NCBI GenBank assembly: GCA_002269645.1
Contig: NIVC01001867.1
Span: 62,001-126,000, forward strand
Source of the DNA: Macrostomum lignano
Lineage: Eukaryota
Direction of reading: 5' to 3'
DNA length: 64,000 nt
Below are positions 1 to 11,911 of the stretch, one piece after another. Made by a program: the position numbers and the translations under genes. Position 1 is the stretch's first letter. Each line of letters opens with the position of its first letter. Under the pieces are notes generated by a model. That model worked only from the letters and a program-made list of their open reading frames with translations, did not search any database and was not told the origin of the DNA.

Positions 1-1066
1 TATTTATATCGAATGCCATCGTCATGTGAAACGTAAGCTTATTTACTGACATGCTTACCACTTAAACCATTGACTGAAATCACCGTCTTGTTTCTCATTG
101 ATAAACTGTTTAAATATATGCTTAGAGTTTGTGTTGTAGCATTATTCTATTTTGCCTCCGAGACTATGCAGGATTTTAAACGCATTGAATTACTGATGCG
201 AATACATATTTATCCCCTCCAATGTTCCATCATATTCTGCTGCCACAATCCCAGTGAAGCATCACATTTTTGTGTACAGAATTGCAACTAATTTGAATCG
301 GTTTCTTTTTCAAGAGTTTCTCTGAATTTTTGCTTGCACTGGCGAATAATGCCTTTAGCACTCTGTACATACTACTTACAGTCACCATCGGTTTCATCCG
401 TGTTAAATTTGTCTTGATTATTACGTAATCAGCTATTTTATATTCAAGCCTTACTTCAGTCCGACTTTTAATGATCAAATTGTTTCATAGCGTCCTTGTC
501 GATCTGTCTTTGCGTCTGTTTTTGTCTGTTTTTGCCTGTTTTTGCTTTCAGTAACCAAAGAAAGTTGCTTTCTCCCGATCAGAGCCGATCGCTGACCGAC
601 AGACAGACGGGCGCGCATTGATTTTTTGTCAGTTCGGGCGCTTGGTTTTGTCATTTGATGTTGAATATGCTACTGTTAGTAACACAACTAGGGTAGCCCT
701 GTCATGGGGACAGGGTGCCTCCGTTTATAAGTCTCTAGACTAGGTGGCCTCCCATTTCATGTCATACTCCTGGTTAGCAAATTTTTTATATTAAAAATCG
801 CCTAATCTACTAAAAGAAGCCAGCGAGTTTTTTAAGAATTGACCAGAAAATAAGCATTAGCTGCAACAAGCTACTGTCAGTAGTTGCAACAATTTATTTA
901 GCCACAATTGCTGCACCCGCAGCGTCGCCGGCCCAGCCAACCGGGGCCCGGCGCCCGCCGCCGTTGCCAGCCTCGCGTCTGTGCCCAGTGACGAGAAAAA
1001 AAAGAATCTTTTCACTCCTGCAGTCTCTGCCCAGAGCTCAGCCCGGCTGCAGCCAGCAGCAGCGAG

Positions 1067-3851
1067 ATGAGCCGCGGCGTCAAGGACCTCCGCGAGCTCA
1101 TCTGCGTGTCCCGCCTGGCCGGCCGCGGCCTGTCGGACAACTCGGCCGACTCCGGCGACTCGGACGACAACGAGGCCTACGCCGCGTCCATCCTGCGTCC
1201 GGACACCGTCCTCAGCGCCCGCCACCCGCCGCTGCCGCTGCCGCCTTCGCCGCCGCCGCCACCGCCAGCACCGCCGCAGGCAGTGGCGAGCAGCGCGAAA
1301 GCCAGAGCGGCCAAAAAGCTGCCGCCGGTGCAGCCGGACAGCCTGGCCGGCCTTCTGGCCCGCGCTGACGCCGACTTCATCGCCCGCCTGCTCGGCCGCG
1401 CCAACGACCAGCTGGCCGACCTCAGCCGCTGGTGCCTCAGCGACGACCACTTCGTTGACTTGGCGCACTTCTGGCTGACAGCCTTCCCGGAGGAGGCCAA
1501 GCAGGACCTGTTCCGCCTGGAGCACGGCTGCCTGCTCGACCAGCTCGCCTTCGCTTTCAAGTCCGGCACCGCGGCCGCTGCCCCCGTGCCGCAGTCCGAG
1601 CTGCGCCGCCTCCTGCTGGCCGTCTTCCGCGAATTCCCCGACCGCCTGCTGTCGGCCCGCGGCGCGCACACCTTCCTGGACTACCTGGACACCCTCACGG
1701 CCGGCCGGTCGCACGCCGACTGCCGCCGACTGCTCACGGATGTCCGCCTGGCCACGGACGTCCGGCAGCACGCGGAGTGGCTGCTGGCGCTGCGCAGCTT
1801 CGCCATCTGCTCGGTGTGGACGGCCGTCGCCAACTTCTATCGGGCGCTGGTGGACCGCGGCGACTTCCGGCCGCCAGCCACCGAGGTGCCGGGGTTCGGA
1901 GACCGGCTGGAGGGCCGAGTGGTTCGCTGTGTGCAGTGAGTGGCGCCAGCCGTTGCTCAGCAAAAATCTTTTCATGCGCGCAACAGTCTACTGTTTGATT
2001 TGGTTTCAGTAGCAAGTAACAACTTTTTTTCAACCACATTTTCAGACAAGGCTACGTGGAGGTGCTGCACTATTTCTGTCTGAGCGGCAAGCTCGATCCC
2101 AGGACCTTCCGGGACGGGCAGAGCCGCAACCTCATCTTCCTGAGCGTCACCTGCGCCCAGCGCAGCAAGGAGAATTCAGCCCAGCTGCGGACTCTCAGGT
2201 GGGCTTCAGGTGGCCCTGTTTTGCCTCTCTTTATCAATCTGTTTCTCTCTGTTTATCCATCAGTTTCTCTGTTTATCCATCAGTTTCTCTGTTTATCCAT
2301 CTGTTTCTCTGTTTATCCATCTACGTCTCTGTTTATCCATCTGTTTCTCTCTGTTTATCCATCTGTTTCTCTATTTATCCATCAGTTTATAAGTTTATCC
2401 ATGAGTTTATCAGTTTGTCCAACAGTTTATCAGTTTATCCACCAGTTTATCAGTTTATCCACCAGTTTATCAGTTTATCCACCAGTTTATCTGTTTATCC
2501 ACCAGTTTATCAGTTTATCCACCATTTTATCAGTTTATCTACCAGTTTATCTGTTTATCCCCAGTTTATAAGTTTATCCACCAGTTTATCTGTTTATCCC
2601 TAGTTTTGTCAGTTTATCCACCATTTTATCAGTTTATCTACCAGTTTATCTGTTTATCCCCAGTTTATAAGTTTATCCACCAGTTTATCAGTTTATCCAC
2701 CCGTTTATCAGTTTATCCACCAGTTTATCAGTTTATCCACCAGTTTATCAGTTTATCCACCAGTTTATCAGTTTATCTACCAGTTTATCAGTTTATCCAC
2801 CAGTTTATCAGTTTATCCACCAGTTTATCAGTTTGTCCACCAGTTTATCAGTTTGTCCACCAGTTTATCAGTTTGTCCACCAGTTTATCAGTTTGTCCAC
2901 CAGTTTATCAGTTTGTCCACCAGTTTATCAGTTTGTCCACCAGTTTATCAGTTTATCCACCAGTTTATCAATCTATCAGTATGCTATCAATTCACTTTAC
3001 ATGCCTGTCCACCTGCCCAATTACCCTCCCAGGTACCTGCTGAAGCGGCTGCAGCCGGACCCGCCCGTGGACGTCCCCTCGGACACTGGCAACAGCGCGC
3101 TGCACCTGGCCGCCACCGCAGGCAACCTGCAGCTGGCGGAGCTGCTGGTGCAACACGGCCGGGCCAACGTGAACCTGGCCAATGCGCTGTGCGACAGCTG
3201 CACCCCGCTGCATTTAGCCGTCATGTACGGTGAGCTGAGCAGCCGGGGCCGCGGGAACTCGGCGGGCAGGGCCTGAAGATTGGGGGGTCAGGCTGAGGGC
3301 TGAGGCTAAATGAAAGCGTGAGACTGAGACGGAGGGTGAGACTAAGACGGAGGGTGAGACTAAGACGGAGGGTGAGACTAAGACGGAGGGTGAGACTGAG
3401 ACGGAGGGTGAGACTGAAAGGGAGGGTGAGTCTGAGAGGGAGGGTGAGTCTGAGACGGAGGGTGAGACTGTGAGGGAGGGTGAGTCTGTGAGGGAGGGTG
3501 AGACTGAAATGGAGGGTGAGACTGAGACGGAGGGTGAGACTGAGAGGGAGGGTGAGACAGAGAGGGAGGGTGAGACAGAGAGGGAGGGTGAGACTGAGAC
3601 GGAAGGTGAGACTGAGATGGAGGGTGAGACTGAGATGGAGGGTGAGACTGAGATGGAGGGTGAGACAGAGATTGAATGCCTTGCCCGCAGGCCACAGCCA
3701 GCTGGTGAGCTACCTGCTGGAGCACGGGGCCGATCCCAGCCTCCCCATGGCCGGGCAGACGGCGTTGCAGCTGGCCGAGGATGCCGGGGACTCCGACATC
3801 CATGAGCTGCTGGCCCGGGCCACTGCGGCCGGCACCGGCGCTGATGACTGA
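1067..3851 (+). CDS. Ankyrin-repeat protein with an unrecognised ~340-aa N-terminal region; 4 coding exons, 459 aa
   Basis: Exons 1067-1935, 2046-2198, 3033-3229, 3691-3851 (1380 nt, all GT-AG, phases consistent). The last two exons encode ankyrin motifs (GNSALHLAATAGNLQLAELLVQHGRANVN; CTPLHLAVMYGHSQLVSYLLEHGADPS; GQTALQLAEDAG). AATAAA near 4589-4604. The frame is open back to an acceptor at 1022-1023, so an upstream coding exon cannot be excluded. Confidence 0.85.
2225..2985. repeat. Intronic ~20-bp minisatellite (CAGTTTATCCACCAGTTTAT and variants)
   Basis: Visible tandem array filling intron 2 of the ankyrin gene; the unit drifts from GTTTATCCATCTGTTTCTCT to CAGTTTATCCACCAGTTTAT. Confidence 0.95.
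3320..3670. repeat. Intronic 18-bp minisatellite (GAGGGTGAGACTGAGACG)
   Basis: Tandem array in intron 3 of the ankyrin gene. Confidence 0.95.
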
Positions 3852-4045
3852 CCCCCGACTGACCCCCACTGACCCCGCCAACTGACCCCCGACTGACCCC
3901 CACTGACCCCGCCAACTGACCCCCGACTGGCCCCCGACTGACCCCCACTGACCCCCACTGACCCCGCCAACTGACCCCCGACTGACCCCCACTGACCCCG
4001 CCAACTGACCCCCGACTGGCCCCCGACTGACCCCCGGCTGACACC
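3846..4045. repeat. 10-11-bp GACTGACCCCC repeat starting at the stop codon
   Basis: The array begins in ...GAT GAC TGA CCCCC... and runs into the presumed 3' UTR. Confidence 0.9.
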
Positions 4046-4690
4046 ACTTCTGACCTCTACGTCTGACCCCCTTGAGCCCAACTGACTCCACCTGACCTCG
4101 CTTTTGTCCCTCACATCTGCCCCATCTCTGACCCTTGGCTCCGGTACCCATCCAACAGCGTTGACTTCCTCCTGCTGGGCTGTGTGAACAGCCGTCTCGG
4201 GTGTCAGCCCGCCTCTCCCGCCCAGCAGAGTGCTCAGGCCGTGCGAAATGTCACCTGGACCCCCTGCCTCCCGCGGCCCGCGTGTTTGCAAGATTCGAGA
4301 GAAAGCCTCTCCTTTGTGTGAGCAGCGGGGGCTCCCCGGCCGCCTCGCCTCTCCGCCGCTTCTCCAGTCTCCCAGCTTCATCTGCCTGCCCGCCTCGCTG
4401 ATCTGGGGAAGGGATTTTCTTTGAGTTTCTTCGATTTTTTCATACTTCTTTCTTGTGTTTTTCTGTGTGACTTTCCGCTTGTGCTCAGCCGAGTGCGTCC
4501 TGGGCTCGCGCACCTGAGCTCGCCACTCTGAAGTTGCCGAATTTGCTAAAGCTGCTTGCTTCATTTTTGCCTTTTTTATAACTAAATCAATAAATAAATA
4601 ATAAATTATTAGCGTCCGCTGAGCCGGCATGTGCTTCTTAGTAATAATAAAGTTAACAAATTATGAGCCAGCGTTTGGATTTTTTATTTG

Positions 4691-4870
4691 TAGCGTAAAT
4701 TGGATTGTAACTGCTGGCTACAGAGGTCGGGGATTCGATCCGCGACCCAGTCGGAACAATTTGTGTCCTTGAGCAAGAAGCTTGACTCTGCATTGCTTCA
4801 GTCCTCCACCCAGCTGTAAAATGGGTGCCAGCATTAGCTGGGGTAACTGAGGGTGTGTGGCGACCCCCCC
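4691..4870 (+). mobile_element. tRNA-derived SINE with a CORE-like central domain
   Basis: B-box-like GGATTCGATCC at 4731-4741. 4762-4825 TGTGTCCTTGAGCAAG..CTTGACTCTGCATTGCTTCAGTCCTCCACCCAGCTGTAAAATGGG resembles the MIR/CORE consensus TGTGACCTTGGGCAAGTCACTTAACCTCTCTGAGCCTCAGTTTCCTCATCTGTAAAATGGG (compared from memory). Boundaries approximate. Confidence 0.7.
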
Positions 4871-5785
4871 CCCAGTCGTGCTAACCGCGACCAGCTCAGC
4901 TTAACCTACATATCCCACCGAGCCCTATGCTGCATCTGTGATGCAGATCCGCCGCCTAGATGAAGAAGCGCCGACTTCAAACGACTGCAATATTCGGGAG
5001 GCTGGGCGGCTGCAGATCAATATGATGAAGCGGCTTGGGCCGTTCTCTTGAAGGCAGCTCGGGTAGATTGGAGATGTCTGCCTCATCTGCACACAGCGGC
5101 CTTCCACTTCATCGGCGGTGTGAAATGATTGCCGGGGGGGCCGAGCGAGGTCACGGGGGGATGGCGAGTGACATGCCGGGGGGGGGGCGGCATGAGCGAT
5201 GGGGCGAGCGAGCGGCTCACAGTTTGTTTATTTATGAGCACAGGGGGGGGGGCCGCGGCTTCATCCATTTCGCTGTCCCAGGTTCCCGCTGGCCGCTTTT
5301 TTAAAGTGCAAACTGAACTCTGTTCACTTGGCGCCAAATGCTGTGTCCTTGCCGCGCCGAACTCTGTTCACTTGGCGCCAAATGCTGTGTCCTTGCCGCG
5401 CCGAACTCTATTTACTTGGTATGAATTGCCGAAAGCTCCCAGGGGCTTAATTTGCACCTTGTTGGCGCCAAATCACGAGAAATGGAACCAAAAACATTCC
5501 GGATGCACGTGAGAAGAAGTTTTCACTCGCAACAAATTTTGCCGCAGGTTTCGGCAGCAAAAGGCTTTGCAAGCAATTTTAACAGGGCAGGAAATCGCGG
5601 CTCTCGTGTCGGCCGGTGACAATGGGGTCACGCAGACTGGTGCGGTGTTCGGCTTTGATTGATTGATCGGCGTGCGGAACCGCGCGAGTGACGCGCGCTT
5701 GAGGACGGACCGGCGTGCTCGAGTGTGGGTGCACTTGTACCGGACTGCACACCCTCCGGTTTCAGAGCTGCCACTCTCGCTCAGC

Positions 5786-6440
5786 CGGAATCCCCCCACC
5801 CTACCAGAATATCTCCCCTCACCTTACCAGAATATCTCCCCTCGCCCTACCAGAATATCTCTCCTCACCCTACCAGAATATCTCTCCTCACTCTAACAGA
5901 ATATCTCCCCTCACCCTACTAGAATATTTCCCTTTACCCTACCAGAGTATCTCCATTCACCCTACCAGAATATCTTCCCTCACCCTACCAGAATATCTCC
6001 CCTCACCTTACCAGAATATCTCCCCTCGCCCTACCAGAATATCTCTCCTCACCCTACCAGAATATCTCTCCTCACTCTAACAGAATATCTCTCCTCACCC
6101 TACCAGAATATCTCTCCTCACTCTAACAGAATATCTCCCCTCACCCTACTAGAATATTTCCCTTTACCCTACCAGAGTATCTCCATTCACCCTACCAGAA
6201 TATCTCCCCTCACCCTACCAGAATATCTCCATTCACCCTACCAGAATATCTCCCCTCACCCTACCAGAAAATCTCCCCTCACCCTACCGGAATATCTCCA
6301 TTCACCCTACCAGAATATCTCCATTCACCCTACCAGAAATCTCCATTCACACTACCAGAATATCTCCCCTCACCCTACTAGAATATCTCCCCTCACCCTA
6401 CCAGAATATCTCCCCTCACCCTACCAGAATGTCCCCTCAC
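5786..6440. repeat. ~22-bp minisatellite (CACCCTACCAGAATATCTCCCCT)
   Basis: Visible intergenic tandem array. Confidence 0.95.
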
Positions 6441-7388
6441 TCCAATCTTCAATTTAGACTTCAAATCGCAGCCCTCTCACAGCTCTGGAAGATTTGATTT
6501 CATTTGCTTGAAATTTTACCTGAATAAAAGTCCACCCAATCAGCCATCAACGAGCCCAGTGTGAAATCTGTCCACACTAAGTGGATCTGCAGGCCATCCC
6601 AGCCTGGGCTGGGATTTTCTTCCCTCTCCAAGTCCACCAGCTGTTGCAGCCAGCCAGAGCAGGACAGGCACTTTCCACCAAGAGTTGCTGTGTCCACAGC
6701 CCTTTCCCACTGTGAGGGGCAGAGAGTTTAAAGCCGGAATGAGGAGCTGGTGGCGGCCACCTCAGGTCCGCCCGAGTCAAATTTCCAGCCCGTTCCGCTG
6801 TGTTTTCAATTTTCTGGAGCAGAGCTGCCCCGGAATCTCAGCCTCCCGCCTCCTTCGCCACTTTTCTCCTCAACACTCCGCGGCCTTCCTCATCATCCCG
6901 CCAAGAGATCCCATCGGCAGTCGAGGCGGGGAAGAAAGCCAGCGAGTGCAAATCCCCAAAGCTCTCCAGTCAAGACTCAGCCCCAGGAGCCGGTGGGGCT
7001 CGTTATTTTCCATCCCCGAAGATGTGAGGATCTCAACTTCAAAGAGGCGGACATCAAAAGCCGGGGCCCCGCAGGTGGATTAGGCCTGGGGATTATTATC
7101 CCCTCACAGCAAATAATTCCAAATTAAAGTTTAACAAAAAGTCAGGATTTTTAGAGCAGAGTTAGTTGTTCTATATATATATATATATAAAGCTGCAATA
7201 CTTTGTCATTGCTGGATCCTTCCCAAATTTGCGGTGCGGTATGCGTTTGCTAGGGTGCGCACAGGCCATATTTATAACAGAGACTAGCGATATGGGAGCA
7301 GTGAGCGGCAGGTGAGTGAGACAGCGGCAGGGAGCGGCTGTGCAGATGAGGGCAGCAGGAGGGGTGAGGATGGGGCTGTCAGGGGCTG

Positions 7389-8477
7389 TCAGTAGGCGGC
7401 GGCGCTCATGGGGACCAGCTGTGGCTGACAGCGGACTGGGCCGCTGCTGCCGCCAGTCCTGAGCAGGTCATTGTGGTTGGCCGTGGCGTTGAGGTCGAAC
7501 TGCGGCGAGGCCGGCTGGTTGAAGGACTGCAGCGGCAGGCTGCCGTCCTCCGGCTCCGAGGGGCTCCGCTCGATGACGGCGATGTGCCAGAGGCGCAGGA
7601 ACTGGCAGGGCGCCAGCGCGCCGATTGTGGTGATGTTGAGCAGCGCGGAGAAGTACACCACGGCAGCCTTGATGATGAAGCCGTAGGGCAGCTTCTGGGT
7701 CGTCTTCTCCCGGCCGAGGACGGCCTCCAGTTCGAGGTTCTCAGTGTACGCGGCGGTGCCGGAACTGAGCAGGGCGAAGGCGGCGAGCAGCAGGCAGGCG
7801 ATGGTGCTGCCCTGGTGCACGGTGAGCTTCAGGTTGAGCACCATGGTGAGGCCGAGCGCGAGCCCCAGCACCCCCATGTGCAGCCCGCCGGCGAAGTTGG
7901 TCTTCTTGTTGACGGAGAGCAGCACCCCGGAGGCGAAGGAGCTGAGGCTGGCGATGGAGGTGGTGATGATGACTGCGGTGCACACCACCACAGGCAGGCG
8001 GAAGTTCTCAAAGCGGCAGACGACGTAGTCGCGGTAGCGGTGGATCCGCCTGGTCAGCGCGATGCAGAGGCACACGGAGCTCACCGTGTTCACGAAGTTC
8101 ATGAGGATCTTGGCGAAGTTGTCAATGGAGGAGCGGGCGTCGCTCCAGGTCTCCTTGGTCTCCAGGGCGCCCACCGTCAGGCAGATGGCGGACAGGATGG
8201 CCAGCGCGGAGGAGAACAGCAGGTTGCTGATGATGGACTTCTTGCGGATGCGGATAGTGGACACGATGACGCCCAGGAAGCCGACCAGGATGGACAGCAG
8301 TCCGCACAGGAACTGCAGCACCGAGAAGAAGGTGGTGAACCGCGTGTGGTTCTGGCGCACCAGCAGCTCCGGCAGCTGGCAGATGTTCATCCCGTTCAGG
8401 ATGGAGCCAGTGGCGAGCACGGTGCCTGAGGTCAGCAGGCCGGGAAGGTCCAGGAACTGCCCTGGCAGCGCCTGCAT
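7389..8477 (-). CDS. Intronless orphan multi-pass membrane protein (~7 TM), 362 aa
   Basis: Single ORF with strongly GC3-biased codons like the other genes here. Seven hydrophobic stretches at about aa 50-75, 82-105, 121-141, 161-189, 195-216, 225-244 and 265-291. An in-frame TGA upstream fixes the ATG at 8477. Confidence 0.8.
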   Translation of the reverse strand: MQALPGQFLDLPGLLTSGTVLATGSILNGMNICQLPELLVRQNHTRFTTFFSVLQFLCGLLSILVGFLGVIVSTIRIRKKSIISNLLFSSALAILSAICLTVGALETKETWSDARSSIDNFAKILMNFVNTVSSVCLCIALTRRIHRYRDYVVCRFENFRLPVVVCTAVIITTSIASLSSFASGVLLSVNKKTNFAGGLHMGVLGLALGLTMVLNLKLTVHQGSTIACLLLAAFALLSSGTAAYTENLELEAVLGREKTTQKLPYGFIIKAAVVYFSALLNITTIGALAPCQFLRLWHIAVIERSPSEPEDGSLPLQSFNQPASPQFDLNATANHNDLLRTGGSSGPVRCQPQLVPMSAAAY

Positions 8478-9319
8478 GGCTGCGGCTTGAGGCGTCGCCC
8501 GGCCGTGGTCACGTGATCATCCGGGCCTGCGGCTCCATGCGCGGCCGAGTTCGCTGCTACCTGCAGCTGCGGCGAGTTGGTTGAGGCTGGCGCGACTCGG
8601 GCTGGAAAAAGTGTGCCGCGCGCTGAGCTGCGAGCTGCCGGGGTCAGGGGAAGCTCAACCGGCCGCCTCCTCACGCACCGGGACTTTGTGAGCCCTGCCC
8701 CCCCCCTGCCCGGCCTCTGCCATCCCCCCAGCCTCTCTCCTCCTCGCCTCCCCTCCGCTCCGCTCCTGTCCTCGCGCGGTAATCTTGATGGCCTGCCAGA
8801 TCGATACCGCAGCGTCCCCCCCTCAGCCTCACCTCCCCGCTGCCGGGCGGGCTGAGTAAGTACTCTCCGCCGCCCTGCCCCTCCGCATGCGCAACCTCAG
8901 CTCTGCGTCCGTTAGATAGGGGGGGGGGCCGGCTGCAGGGAGAGAGGTGGGCAGAGAGAGGAGAGCTGCCGGCCCTGTCTCTCCCGGGGAGGACAGGGGA
9001 TGCTTGCAGCAGCTGCAGGCCGCAAGGTGACGGCCGGCCCAGATTGGGGCAAAAAACTCCGCGAAGGCCGAAGCCCCGCAGCGGTCGGTGGCCACTCATT
9101 GCCGTCGCCTCGCTTCCTCTAGGAGCAGCAGCGGCTCTCAGTCAGCTTTTGCTGCTTCCGATCGGCAGACAGCCCCCCTCACTCTCTCCTCCGTGTTTGC
9201 TGCGAAACACACACTCAGATAAACTGACCCGGCCCCGTGTTTCACCAGCTAGGGATCGGGTGCCTTCAGCTCCTTGCTCGCGTGTTGGCGGATTGGGATA
9301 ATACCCTAAATAGACTGGC

Positions 9320-10085
9320 TTAATTCCCACAGACTTGGTTAATTTCCCGTCAGACTTGGTTAATTCCCCTCAGACTTGGTTAATTCCCCTCAGACTGGGT
9401 TAATTCCCCTCAGACTGGGTTAATTCCCCACAGACTGGGCTAATTCCCCTTAGACTGGGTTAATTCCCCTCAGACTGGGTTAATTCCCCACAGACTGGGT
9501 TAATTCCCCGAAAGACTGGGTTAATTCCCCGAAAGACTGGGTTAATTCCCCGAAAGACTGGGTTAATTCCCCGAAAGACTGGGTTAATTCCCCGAAAGAC
9601 TGGGTTAATTCCCCGAAAGACTGGGTTAATTCCCCGAAAGACTGGGTTAATTCCCCGAAAGACTGGGTTAATTCCCCGAAAGACTGGGTTAATTCCCCGA
9701 AAGACTGGGTTAATTCCCCGAAAGACTGGGTTAATTCCCCGTCAGACTTGGTTAATTCCCCTTAGACTGGTTAATTCCCCTCAGACTGGGTTAATTTCCC
9801 GACAGACTTGGTTAATTCCCCACAGACTGGGTTAATTCCCCACAGACTGGGTTAATTCCCCGTCAGACTTGGTTAATTCCCCTTAGACTGGTTAATTCCC
9901 CTCAGACTGGGTTAATTTCCCGACAGACTTGGTTAATTCCCCACAGACTGGTTAATTCCCCTCAGACTGGGTTAATTTCCCGACAGACTTGGTTAATTCC
10001 CCACAGACTGGGTTAATCCCCACAGATTGGGTTAATTCCCCACAGACTGGGTTAATCCCCACAGATTGGGTTAATTCCCCACAAA
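9320..10085. repeat. 19-21-bp minisatellite (CAGACTGGGTTAATTCCCC plus 0-3 nt)
   Basis: Visible tandem array with a homogeneous central block (GAAAGACTGGGTTAATTCCCC). Confidence 0.95.
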
Positions 10086-10854
10086 CGGTTACTGTTGTAC
10101 TTTGGCTTTAAGCCTTCAATGTATGCATGGCTCATTGACGCTGAGCTTAGCTCTCAATTCATTTTATTGTGTTCCTTTCTAGTTTGGTCCGTTCGAAATC
10201 TTCATATTAACATTTGCGCAGTCACATAAATAAATGTCTATGGGGAGCTTTTGTTTCACCCACAACAGCTACTTCATCGGTTCCCCTAAGAGCTGTGCAC
10301 CCGGTGTGAGCGTGTGTTTGAGTGCGGGACTGCGTACAGCCGAAGTCAGCGAAATGGGCAGAATTGCCTCGCCGATGGCTGCGGGACAATGTCCCCGAAG
10401 CGTTGCGCCAGGGTAGTCGCAGTCCTCCTGCGATTATTGATTTATTACAGTGGAGCTGCCAGCTCTGCCAAGTGCTCAAACTTTAACTTGAGCTTTTGTA
10501 CTCAGCCTTCACTGCACGGTGTCAATTCGAAAAGTTGGCTATCAGAGCCTGGCTGCAGGCGGCCCTACATTTTAATAATTCACGACCCGAGTGTGAAAGA
10601 CAGTCCCCGGGCAAGTGGGCGGCAGACCAACTCTGAAACCTCGGGCATCAGCCCGGCGCCCGAGGCCATGGACACTCAAATTGCTTGCGACAGCTCGCCT
10701 CGCCTTGAGGGGACAGTCGGGTCGTCCTTGAACCTACAGGGGACTACCCTTTTTACAACTTGGATTCGAAGCCGAGGAGAGTTCAGATAAACTTATCTTT
10801 TACTGAGTAAAACTTCTAACGAGTTTTTGAGATTGTTTCACCAAATTAATCTAA

Positions 10855-11265
10855 GAATCTAGCTGCTTCCACACCCAAATGCTTCCACCTCTAACTGCTT
10901 CCACACCCAACTGCTTCCACCTCTAACTGCTTCCACATCCAACTGCTTCCAGCTCTAGCTGCTTCCACACCCAAATGCTTCCACCTCTAACTGCTTCCAC
11001 ACCCAACTGCTTCCACCTCTAACTGCTTCCACATCCAACTGCTTCCAGCTCTAGCTGCTTCCACACCCAAATGCTTCCACCTCTAACTGCTTCCACACCC
11101 AACTGCTTCCACCTCTAACTGCTTCCACATCCAACTGCTTCCAGCTCTAGCTGCTTCCACACCCAACTGCTTCCACATCCAACTGCTTCCACCTCTAGCT
11201 GCTTCCACACCCAGCTGCTTCCACACCCAACTGCTTCCACCTCTAGCTGCTTCCACATCCAGCTG
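10855..11265. repeat. 16-bp minisatellite (AACTGCTTCCACACCC / AACTGCTTCCACCTCT)
   Basis: Alternating unit variants visible. Confidence 0.95.
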
Positions 11266-11911
11266 CTTACTTAGGCAGCATTCACAAAATTGCAGTAACA
11301 ATGCGGAATAGATCGACTTTTTCTTGTCCAGTCCAAGGACCCCCAATGCGGCAGGGGTCCCTGACTTGGGCAATGGAAAGGAAGAGAGGCGCCGGTGGTG
11401 GAGATCCGCAGGGTAAGGCGATCTGGCGAATCAATTATTTAAGTTTTATCCCGGCTGAATCCAAAAGGCTGCCATGAGGGGTGTCCAGCGCCCCCCCCCC
11501 AAGTAATCCGCGGCTGAGTCCCACGGAGGGCCAAGCGAGAGGATCTGCCCCAGAATCGGAGGGGGACTCACTGTGTTCCACTTTTACTTTGCCTGAAAAT
11601 CCGCTGGGAATTCGCTGCCCTAATCGGAAATTGCTGCTCTTTCGCCTGCCCAGCAACCAGCCGCCCCCCCCCCATCCTGGAGCGCTGCGGAGCATCCCGC
11701 CTATGCTGGGATTCAGGGGGACCCGCTGGGGACAGAAGTGGGGCGAGGGGGGCTCTGCAGACAGACAGGGAAATCTGCCGGCCACAAGGCCAGGCTGGAG
11801 ATCGATGTCGCTCGCACCCTCCGCTCGGCATCAATGCGGCATTTTGCTGCAATCAGCGAGGGCCGGAGATTTACAGGAGCAGCCTCGGAATCGGCACAAG
11901 ATGCTCCGACT

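Noticed and set aside
1-850. Short ORFs at 70-291 and 230-478
   Set aside because: AT-rich, no codon bias like the real genes, no motifs.
857-1975. 372-aa minus-strand ORF, and similar antisense ORFs at 7473-8429 and 41656-42693
   Set aside because: Antisense shadows of GC3-rich coding exons, with no recognisable motifs.
9320-10085. CRISPR-like look (constant 19-mer with variable linkers)
   Set aside because: Linkers are only 0-3 nt, there are no unique spacers or cas genes, and the context is eukaryotic; it is a minisatellite.
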